DNA of 64,000 bases from Octopus sinensis. Its lineage: Eukaryota. Position 1 is the stretch's first letter. The number at the start of each line of letters is the position of its first letter. The notes under the pieces were generated by a model, which was not told where the DNA came from, did no database searches, and was given only the letters and a program-made list of their open reading frames with translations. The DNA is taken from contig NC_043001.1 of NCBI RefSeq assembly GCF_006345805.1, positions 124,558,001 to 124,622,000 on the forward strand. The letters are read 5' to 3'. Below, one piece after another: positions 53,616-64,000 of this stretch. The position numbers and the translations under genes were made by a program.

Positions 53616-54544
53616 TATATACATACATATATGCATACAGCTTTTAACATTTTAACCAATTTGAGGATGCTAGAAGCCCTTCTTCTTGCGAACGTTTCAT
53701 AGTGCAGAATCAAAGCTATAGTTGACCTGACTTCATTCTGAAGTTATACATAAGAAGCGATTGCATTATAACTGATAAAATACAGAATAGCAGAGATACG
53801 TTCCAAAAGAAAACGTTTCCGTAATACTGTTCAAAATATACCCAAACACATTCTAGAGATCTACCTATACATCCATGCATTTCTAAGAGTAAATGTAAAG
53901 TTGTGTTACATATGTATATTTTTTGTATCTATGGAGAGAAATTTCTGTTTCCATAAAACCAATATATATCTTCTAGATGTTTCTGTGTATATATTTTCTC
54001 TTTGTTCTGCTTGCTACAGTTTAGCAAATGCAATCACTAATGTATAAATCATTATATCATAATGTATTTATTACTTTAATTCCGCTGCTTTCGCCTTAAA
54101 ATTAAGATTTTCAAAGACTTTTCATTTATTCAAAGATTTCTGATATTCACCTGCAATGAAAATTGCAGAGTTTGCAATCAACAATGAATTCTAATGCAGA
54201 GAGTTAACTGAAAATCTGGATATCCTGCGTGATGTGAAACTATAGATGAATCTTGCAGCTAACAATTTTAAAATCAACAATTTGAAACACATCAAATAGA
54301 TTTATCAGTTCTTTCAAAATGTTAAAATCGATTAACGAAAAGATGCAGACCCCATAATAACAAAAATAAAAGCTATTCAAATATCGATTATATAATAGAG
54401 CTGAATAAATTTTGCACTGTACTGAGATTCATCTAAAATAAAGCATATTATATTTTTACTATCTTTAGTAGTATGTGGACCATACCAGACATGTAAAACA
54501 CAATCCATGAGCGCAAATCGTGATATTTTCGCCACTATATGACT

Positions 54545-54771
54545 GCTATCTGGCAGAAACGTTAGCACGCCGGGCGAAATGCGTAGCCGTATTTCGTCTG
54601 CCGTCACGCTGTGAGTTCAAATTCCGTCGAGGTCGACTTTGCCTTTCATTCCTTCGGGGTCGATAAATAAAGTACCAGTTACGCACTGGGGTCGATGTAA
54701 TCGACTTAATCCGTTTGTCTGTCCTTGTTTGTCCCCTCTATGTTTAGCCCCTTGTGGGCAATAAAGAAATA
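54545..54771 (+). mobile_element. tRNA-derived SINE with Nin/Deu-like central domain, best-preserved copy
   Basis: 'tggcagaaacgttagcacgccgggcg...gagttcaaattcc...gaggtcgactttgcctttcattccttcggggtcgataaataaagtaccag...aataaagaaata'. Confidence 0.85.
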
Positions 54772-55176
54772 TATATCACTGCTACATGGTCTGTGTCCAG
54801 TAAACCAAGATGCCATGTAAAGTTTCACATAGTGTTAAATCCAACTATCTGAATTTCTTTGCAATCTAAGTATATCACGGTCAAGGAATTATTACACAAT
54901 GGAAGTTTCGGAAGTCGTTAAAACAGCTAGAATTATCGATCTAAAATTTATAAATTCACTTTTTAAAGCACTGACGATTAAAATTTTTCCGGGAGCACAA
55001 TTGTCTGCAGGGCAATAACAAATAACTCACATAATTCATAGTAGTTTGGAACCTCACTGAAAATGTTGCTTCCATAGAAATACACATAAGTGATACATTA
55101 GTACATCAGAGACTTATTGTATTTGATGTCGCGTCCCATCATCGATCATTATTCAGTACAGTAAGTTAATAAAATA

Positions 55177-56096
55177 CGACGTAGTATCAAAAAGTTACCA
55201 GTCTAGTCATGTTTAATAAAATATAACTTACTCACTTAAGTTTTAACATCATTTCCTTTGAAATAGTCACCTTGCACAGCAATGCAGCGGTCCCAGCATT
55301 CCTGCAACTTTTGAAATCCGGCCTGGAATTCGTTTTCGGTAAGCATGTCGACAACCTTCTGCGATTCGCTCTGGATTTCGAAAAGTCTGTTAAAACGGCG
55401 ACCTTTGAACATCATTTTCATTTTGGAGAACAGATGGAAGTCTGCAGGTGCTAAATCCGGGGAATAGGACGGGTATAGAAGCGATACCGTGTTGTTTTTG
55501 TCGAGAAATTTACGAGTGGGAAAAGCTCTGTGACAGGACGCATTGTCGTCGTGAAGAATCCAATTCTTTCTGCTTCACGGATCCAGTCACTTTCGCCGAA
55601 TATCCTCCCTCAAACGCTTCAAAATGTCATAGTAGAACTCTCGATTGATGGTCCGACTCTGGGGAACGAATTCTCGATGCACAATACTACATATCTGGGG
55701 GTGACGTTCGTGGCAGGTCTTCCAGATCGCTCATCATCTTCCAAGGACATTCTTCCTCTTTTGAAGCACCCTTGCCACTCGAAACATTCCGTACGTCTCA
55801 TTCCCTCGTCGCCATAATTTTGCCAGAGCATGCTCAATGTCTCTGTAGCAGATTTCCTAAGCTGAATGCAAAAGTTCACGTTGGCTCTTTGTTTATGTCA
55901 TGATGAAATCGCAGACTACAGCATGCACATGATCACAATATCACAAATTTCACAACTTTATGAAGTAAAAACAGCAATGTCCATCGACACACAGCCTCGT
56001 GAAGGTCACTGCTGGCCCTCACTGTGTGCACAATCGTGTGCCACCATCTGCTGGCGCGCTGCAGCAGTAGTTCCGGAACTGCTTGATACCACATCG
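55177..56096 (-). mobile_element. mariner transposon, internally deleted, TIRs and TA TSD retained
   Basis: TIRs cgacgtagtatcaaaaagttaccagtcta / tagttccggaactgcttgataccacatcg; TA at 55175-76 and 56097-98; KSATETL..EDDERSGRP and YSPDLAPADF..KGRRF motifs. Confidence 0.92.
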
Positions 56097-56508
56097 TATT
56101 TCTTATGAAGTGCATCATCTATTAGAATGACGTGAAGAACTTTTTCATGACGTCAACACTCTTTAACGTAGTACACGTTTTCATTGACTGAACATAGATA
56201 AAGTTGAACGGCGATCGTATGGAATTAGAACAACATTCTGGCTAATCTAGTCGACTTTCACATCTCTGGTATTATTGACACCATACTGCCGAACATCAGA
56301 TATAGATCCTATTGCATTCTACTTTTAATTAATTTTATTTTAATTCCTGATATCTCAGCTATTTTTTCTTTCTTTACTACAAGAATATTATAATAATTAT
56401 TATAATTAATCTCACCGATGCTACGGTTATAATACGGTTATAACCTGACAACAGTTCAAACATTTGGAGTTTATTCATAGATGAACTTTGATGTATGTGT
56501 GTATGTAT

Positions 56509-57743
56509 GTATGAAATTTGTAGAATAGAAAAAAGTTTGCTAATGTTTTATAAATACAAAGAATAGTTTTATTCATCGAAGTATGCACCCAAATTGTTAA
56601 TACACTTTTGCCATTTCAGCGGCAGCTTGTCCAGCCTGGAACTGTAAAAGCCTGGCAATCTAGAGTCAATACAGCATCGTCATCAAAAAGTCATCCAAAT
56701 TCTGGAAGAAGTTGTAGTCAGTGGGGGCATTAGCAGGTGAGTATGGTGGATAATGGAGAACTTCCAACTCCAACTCTTGTCGTTTCGCCAACGTCATTTT
56801 TGCAATGTGTAGTCTAGCGTTGTCTTGAAATAAAAATAGGAGTGGATCTGTTGACTAACCTAGGCTGTTTTCTTTTGCAAGTTTCTGTATCACTTGGTCC
56901 AGTTGGGTGCAGTATACTTCGGCCGTGATTGATGAGACAGATTTAATGATATCATAATGGATCACATCTGCGCCAGACCACTAAACACACACCATCAGCT
57001 TCTTTTGATGAATTTTGCTTTTTGGAATCTGTTTTGGTGGCTCGTCTTTGTCTAGCCATTGTGCTGAATGTTTACAGTTGTATTGAATCCATTTCTCATC
57101 ACATGTTACAATTTGATTAAAAATTATTCATTTTTGTGACGAGAAAGTAGCATAATGAAGGCTTTCCAAACGTTGCTGTTTCTGATTTTCATGGAGTTCA
57201 TGGGGAACCCACTTATCCAAATTTTTCACTCTATCGATTTGAACTAGGTGTGTCAATATTGTTTGCTTGCTAACACTAAACAACAACGATAATTCACAGG
57301 CACTTTGGGATGGATCTGAGACGACTGTGACTTTCCGTTCGTTATTATCGACCTTTGTTTTCTGGTCCACCGCGTTACTCATCTGTGAGGCCAAAGTTCC
57401 CAGAACGAAATTCTGCAAACTAATTTGATACTGTCTGCTGTGTAATAAAATTACAGAATGAAATACTCCATTAATATTCCGATCTGTCTGTAATGCTGTA
57501 TTTCCCAGAAAGAACTCATACTTCAAAACTGTACGAATTTCCGACTTATTCATCTCTAAACAATAACAGCAAATATCGATTTATAAATACTTTATAAAGT
57601 GCAAAATGAGTTAGAATAAAGAAATAGATGTGTCAGCTTTCTAACAAAAAATAAAGATTGTCAAAATATAATAATGGCACAAAATGAGCAGCTGTCAAAT
57701 TTTACCATATATCTTACAACAAATTTCATACTTGTCGACTTAA
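56509..57743 (-). mobile_element. Hsmar1/cecropia-like mariner, near full length, inactive
   Basis: MNKSEIR..KYEF..RNIN..LDKWVPHEL..; TCDEKWI; QDNARLH; YPPYSP; TIR core gtatgaaatttg (56509) / caaatttcatac (57720). Confidence 0.92.
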
Positions 57744-59456
57744 TAATAAGAGAATACAGAAGATTTCATACTTTACAGTGAGGAGATTATTTCAGATTTT
57801 TTAATTTTAAATATTGTTTTTCAGATAAATTCATAAGTTTTTTTCTCTCTTACTATTCGTTTTAATCCTGTTCAATGTTATGTGAATTAATAGGATAAAT
57901 ATCTTTATCGTAGTGTTTCGCGACTTTTCATACCTCTATTCTTTCTCCACCATTTTAGTGTGTCGTTTTTGAAATTTGAATAAATTTTATCTATTTTCAG
58001 GCATATGATGACAGAGTATCAAGTAGAAAACAACGAAACAGATTTATCTGACAAACCGATAGTGAAAAAAAAATAGCAAAAAATAGTAAAAAGTTGAAAC
58101 AAAAAGCGTAATAATACGAAAACACTAATTAAATGTTATTCAGAAATACTAGAACATTTGAAATTGCAAAAGTAAAAATATGAAAAATCTTAAAATACGT
58201 ACACTTAGTTAAAATAAAATTCTATAATATTTCAGATAGTCTATCAAATACATCAATTTGGAATCACCGTGGGAATATCAAGTAGTCTCTCACTCTGTTG
58301 ATAATACTGTTCATATCTCCCACAAGTATTTCACTTTCATATGAAGGGTAGTGGACATTAAATAATGTAGTCCTAGATATACTGTACCTCGAAAACATGA
58401 AGAAAATATATATATGTATATAACTTTGTGTCTTGTTCTCTCTCTCTCTCTCTCTCTCTCTCGCTCAATTTTTGCATGCATATACATATACACACGCAGG
58501 TGTGTGTGTATGTGTACATGTGTCGCTGTATTTGTATGTGCATATATATGTATGTGTGTGTGTTTGTGTACGCATGTATGTTTTATGTATGTATGAATAT
58601 ATGAACATCTGTGCGTGTGAGTGTGTGGTGTGTGTGTGTGTGTGTGTATTCTAAAACAGCTCGAATATATAGATATATATACATACATGTTATTACCATC
58701 GGCATGCGAAACGGGTTCCGGCGACCATGTCCAGCATGTAAACGTAATGAACCGCATCAGCAATATTAAATATACTAGTGGCAGATATTCAACTCAACTA
58801 CATATTGTTGTGGTTAACACACCACATTGCAACAAAAGCACTATGAGAACAATATTAAATGTTCTAAATCTAGATATTCGTCAAAATAAATTAAGGAAAT
58901 TTATTCTCAAGCAAATAACAACGGAACTGCTCCATTAAACTTATAGATATGCATGCGTGGATGTGAGACAGAGAAAGAAGAGGAAAGATCTTAGTAGCTG
59001 AGCTGGCCAAAACAGAGTTCGAACTACAAGCATGGAAATATACATAAACAAGCACTGGGATATGAATTTTATTTCTGAGATCAAGCTCACTCTGTAAACA
59101 ATGTTACTACCTGTTACAAAGTTACCTGATTCAGCATTTATTTTCTTACTGTATTTTGATTAAGAACTGTGTTTACTTCTCCACATATTGCTTTTACGGT
59201 AATCGTTGCTTCACTCTGTTGCCTAAACTATCTCTGAATATGGGTGAATTGAATATCTAAGTTTAAATAAATTTAAGCATGTCATGACTAAAGTGTCTCT
59301 TAGTATATATTTAATATGGATAAATTCAAGTCTCGTTATTGCGTTCCGGTTGATGAAGCAACCGGATGGATACTTTACAAGGCCAGCTTGTTCGTAGAAA
59401 ATCGCTTCGTGTTATATTTATTTGGACACGCACACTCATTCAGTCACACACACACA

Positions 59457-59491
<35 letters not shown>

Positions 59492-60471
59492 ACACACAAA
59501 TATGTGTGTATTTGTATTTGAGTATGTTCGTTTGTTTGCGCACGCACTTCGAATGGTTTTGGGCCAATTAACACATCCAAAGCGTCATACATACATGCAT
59601 GCATACATATATACATACATACGTACATACATACATACATACATACATACAAACGTACACACAGCCATACACATGTAGTTTTATACACACTTACACACAT
59701 CCAACAGGTTTCCGCTTAATTTCCGTACGACAAATTCAATTCGCATGCTATTTGTGAATCGCAAACTATGGTAAAAAAAATAGTCGCTTAAGGTGCCAGT
59801 CTACAGGATTGAACTTGAAACTACGTGTTTGCAAAGCGAACAATTTACTCACACAGCTTTGTTATTCTGAGGAAGCTGCAACCATATTAACTCTACAGCG
59901 AAAAAGAAGATCAACGACAGCTTTAACTTACGTAGCCCTATTGAAACAGCGGTCGTTCGAACCGTTCGAAATGACAGCTATATTTTCACCAAATTAAGGA
60001 TTATTGTCACAAATAAGGATTACATTGATAACGTAGTCTTAGGTTATCCTGACCTCACGGAATGGTTTTGGTGGTAAGGCTTATGTTCTCACAGAGACTC
60101 GGTCAAATTTGATTTGGCAACACAGACATAATATTTCAGCGCTTATGGTTTTTGCTTGATTTTGGGTCATCCTTGACGGAGTAGATTTATCATTGAAGGT
60201 TTTCTAGTCATGACTATCCCGTATTTTCTTTCAGACGTAAATATCTGAGACTACATAAGTCAATGCGTCCATTTTTTCGGGTGTGGTGTAAGGGCAATGT
60301 GGCTACTATTTCTACCTGGTCTATCTCATCGAATTGTGGTTTCGGAGATATCAAATGTCAAAAGTTTTTGAGTTTACTTCTTGCTGCTTGTGTTGTAGTT
60401 ATCATTACTGCTGTTGTTATTGTTTAGCTCATAGGTAGCTGTGATCGAACGGATCTATAATAAAAAAAAAG

Positions 60472-60856
60472 TGGAGGCGCAATGGCCCAATGGTTAGGGC
60501 AGCGGACTTGCGGTCATAGGATCGCGATTTCGATTCCCAGACCGGGCGTTGTGAGTGTTTATTGAGCGAAAACACCTAAAGCTCCACGAGCCTCCGGCAG
60601 GAGATGGTGGTGATCCCTGCTGTACTCTTTCACCACAACTTTCTCTCACTCTTACTTCCTGTTTCTGTTGTACCTGTATTTCAAAGGGCCGGCCTTGTCA
60701 CTCTCTGTGTCACGCTGAATAACCCCGAGAACTACGTTAAGGGTACACGTCTGTGGAGTGCTCAGCCACTTACACGTTAATTTCACGAGCAGGCTGTTCC
60801 GTTGATTCGGATCAACCGGAACCCTCGTCGTCGTAACCGACGGAGTGCTTCCATCC
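60472..60856 (+). mobile_element. tRNA-derived SINE (same family as 48621), full length with TSD
   Basis: High identity to 48621-49002; flanking direct repeat ctataataaaaa(a)g at 60455 and 60857. Confidence 0.9.
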
Positions 60857-61552
60857 CTATAATAAAAAGCATTTTTATGCCAGACATTTCTTAATTTATT
60901 TTCCCCTCCTTTATGTAACGACAAGATGTTATTTGATGATTTGAAGGAAATTTAGCAAATCAAACAGTCATCCCTGAGGCCTTATGAATCTTGTGAAAAA
61001 AGTAGTAACGTTCCCAACGTTTGCATTTAAATACGAAATGTAGATTAAATATATTTTGGCTGCATGATTACCAAATTTTCATTTATTCTATTTAGATCAC
61101 GCGCTCAGCAAGTTTTAATGACATCAGAAGACATCAGGTTTTATGACGTCAACACTCTACGACCGTGAATGGGAACAGCATATATTTCGATGTCTCTAAA
61201 TATAAATATGCCATAGAAACGTCAAAATGTGAGAAGGTAATAAGTTATTCATTTGTATTTCCCCTATCCGTTCAGAATGTTAATTCGTGCGGAATTTTCT
61301 GTTTCGTATATCCAATAAAACTCGTTCCAGTCGAAGCTGGAATGAAATTTACGTTACTTTTGTTATTTATCTTAAATTTTTCTCGTGGGTCTGATGTTAT
61401 TGCACTGCATCTGTCATTCCTGTTGCATCTCAACGGATGGGTCAATCTCGGAGGGTCTGCAAAGACACTGACCCTTTCTTTTGCCCCCAAAGAATTCTTT
61501 CAGATTTTGTTTCTAAATTTTTTACAAGGCCATCAGTATTTGAGGAAGATCA

Positions 61553-61760
61553 AGCGGCAAGCTGGCCGAATCGTTAGCACGCTGGGCAAAATCCTTAGCG
61601 GCATTTCATGTTCTGAGCTCAAATTCTGCCGAGGCCGACTTTACATTTCATTCATTTGGGACCGACAAAATAAGTACCAGTTGAGCAATGGGGTCTATGT
61701 TATTGACTTACACGCCTCCTCTGAAATTGTTGGCCTTGTACCAAAATTTGAAACTAATAT
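61553..61760 (+). mobile_element. Nin/Deu-domain-like SINE
   Basis: 'gcggcaagctggccgaatcgttagcacgctgggc...gccgaggccgactttacatttcattc...aataagtaccagttgagcaatggggtc'; an oppositely oriented decayed copy follows at ~61775-61915. Confidence 0.75.
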
Positions 61761-62212
61761 CTGAAGGAAAATATTCGTCGGTCATATCGACCCCGGTACT
61801 TGATTCGTACCTCCTATTATCAGTATCTGAGAGACGAAAGAGGCAAAATTTCCTTCAGCAGAATTACAGCTCCATACATATAAAGCCGGAACACATAACG
61901 CAAGGCACTTTTTAAGGACTCATATTATGAACTATTTCTGGTAATTTATCCCACAGAACACTACCCAGCTAAAACACTGTTTTTACTTTATCTATAAACT
62001 CTATCTTTTACTCTATCTATATATGTGTGTGAGTGTGTGTGTGTGCATGTGTATATATATATTTCTCCTCAATTTATATTATTTAAAAAATAAGCCGGTA
62101 AAAAATTCATTATTTGTAATCTCTCCTGGGACTCTTTAACGTGACGGTTCACTGTATCATCACGACCTACACGCCAAAGATTGCAGGCCTTCTTTTTTAT
62201 GTCTTTTGTTCT

Positions 62213-63691
62213 TTATTTTTTACTTATGCTTGATTTATCAGAATCGTTAGAACATCAGGTATTCGGAATTCATATCCTTCCCGTTTTAACTCTTCTTTTC
62301 ATCATTCTGAAGTCGATGAGAAGAAGTACCCATCAGACATCAGGATCAATTCGATATACCAAACAATTTCCCTAAAATTTTTGACCTTTAACCTCGGTAC
62401 GAAATTTAAAAAGGCTGTTGTTTAGAAGAATCATTAAAACGTCAAATAAAATATCTTGATGTATTTTTTTCGACGGTTTGTGTTCTGAGTTCGGATCCCA
62501 CCGACATCAAATCTGGCCTTCATTCCCCAAGAATTATAAAAATAAAGTACCAGGCAAGACCTGCAGTCACTGTAATCGATTAATCCTATCCTGCATTTTT
62601 CAGACAGCAATAAAGTGCGTTACACTGGCGAAATCGGTAGAGTGCCGAAATTGATGCACTGTGATATTGCTTCTGGTTCTTCATATTTTGAATTTAGGTT
62701 ACTTCCTCCCCACGTGATCAACTTTGTCTTTCATCTTTCTGTGGATGATAAAATAAAAGTACCAGTGAAAAACTGGTATGGTGGTGGAGGTATATAATCG
62801 ACTAGTCCTCTCGACCCAAAGGTTTGGTTTTATGCCCAATTTAAAAGCAAAAGTAGTTGATTGATAGAATTTTACCTTGCTGTATGTGTTCCACTCTTTG
62901 TGCTCTGATGTTAAATCTCACCGAGGCCAACTCTAATTTTCATTTCACCAAAATCAATAAACCAGTCATGTACTGTCTTCCATGGTATGGAACACCTTTC
63001 TCATTCAAATAATTGGCCTTGCATCTGAATCAGAATCAGTTATTTTTGTAACGAAAGCAGTGGAGTATTGGAAAAATACGTTGCAGTTATGTGTTGTCTC
63101 CCTTTACCGTTGAAATCCTGCTCGAGTCAATGTAATCGAGGACACCCACTTGCCCAAACGCGTAGGAGCTTTGTTGAAATTTAAGCTAAAAGCACCTAAC
63201 TAGCAGCACATGTCGGTGAAAGAATCGAAAGAGAGTGCCGAAAACTTTTTATGAGATGGTACAATATCTCGACGATTTGAATTTAAAACCTGCCAGAGTA
63301 ACCTGGGCTCCTGAATCGATTAAATAAGAATCTATTCACATACACTAAGTTGATTCAATTTGTTATATGTGTTTATGAAAATGTGTGACATTGTTCCAAT
63401 ATTAGAAATGCGTATTTCCAATATTGGAAATGCTACTACTACCGCTGCTATTGGTGCTGCTGCTATTGGTGCTATTGGTGCTGCTGCTGCTGCTGCTGTT
63501 GCTTCTGCTACTGCCATGTGCATCATCAGTAATGCCACCTTACCAAAGACGCGGTCTAATAAAGTCGCTCTTTCCACATTCATATTGTCGACTTCAGAAT
63601 GATGAAAAGAAGAGTTAAAACGGGAAGGATATGAATTCCGAATACCTGATGTTCTAACGATTCTGATAAATCAAGCATAAGTAAAAAATAA
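62213..63691. repeat. perfect 104-bp inverted repeat (62213-62316 / 63588-63691)
   Basis: Base-by-base reverse-complement identity over 104 nt; spacer 1271 bp. Confidence 0.95.
62470..63330 (+). mobile_element. cluster of old, co-oriented Nin/Deu-like SINE relics
   Basis: Repeated decayed cores 'ttctgagttc...ttcat...ataaa..gtaccag...taatcga' at ~62480, 62690, 62900, 63100 and 63280. Confidence 0.55.
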
Positions 63692-64000
63692 CATTCACCA
63701 GTTAAATATATATCAGCAATGTGAACCAGGGTTGTTCGTTAGAGTAATATAACCACAAATATCCACATAACCAACGTTTACTCCAAGGTTCTGTTGCGCT
63801 GAATGAGCAAAAGAGAAATGCTCACGACAACCTTCCTGTGATCGTCCAACCGACTAGATAGCTGCCAAATTTCCTTTATATCATATCTTTCTGTCTTAAA
63901 GAAGAAACGGTACATTGGTTGAAATAAAGATAGGAATTTCATTGGAATGCGTTTAATTGTAGATTTGCTCAGTCAAGACTGACCTGGCATTGAGTCCATA

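Noticed and set aside
58697-58790. CpG-rich patch with minus-strand donor (MRFITFTCWTWSPEPVSHAD|gtaata)
   Set aside because: No good in-frame acceptor and no recognisable homology.
59345-59367. 8-bp hairpin tccggttg/caaccgga
   Set aside because: Too short to be unexpected in 64 kb; terminator logic does not apply to this eukaryotic DNA.

Overview
AT-rich, microsatellite-dense eukaryotic DNA. The SINE families and the (CATA)n/(GATA)n/(TA)n landscape look like an octopod (Octopus) genome; this is recognition from memory, not a database result. No host protein-coding gene, rRNA, true tRNA or CRISPR array can be called with confidence. Most ORF-track entries are translated microsatellites or transposon debris. 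The window is mostly mobile elements: a degenerate L1/Tx1-type LINE that appears chimeric, R4/Dong-type RLE retrotransposons always docked in (CATA)n, RTE, CR1-like, I-like and Penelope fragments, an internally deleted Gypsy element with both LTRs and a 4-bp TSD, Tc1 and mariner copies, a non-autonomous Helitron, palindromic MITE/foldback elements and three SINE families. Two tandem duplications (~1.6 kb and ~0.9 kb) are present. Most interesting: (1) a (CATA)n-targeting R4/Dong family whose diverged members share a covarying 3'UTR RNA structure; (2) a perfect 104-bp inverted duplication 1.27 kb apart inside an old SINE; (3) Penelope-type hammerhead-like motifs; (4) a LINE 3' tail shared with the most common SINE. 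All alignments and counts were done by eye and are approximate.
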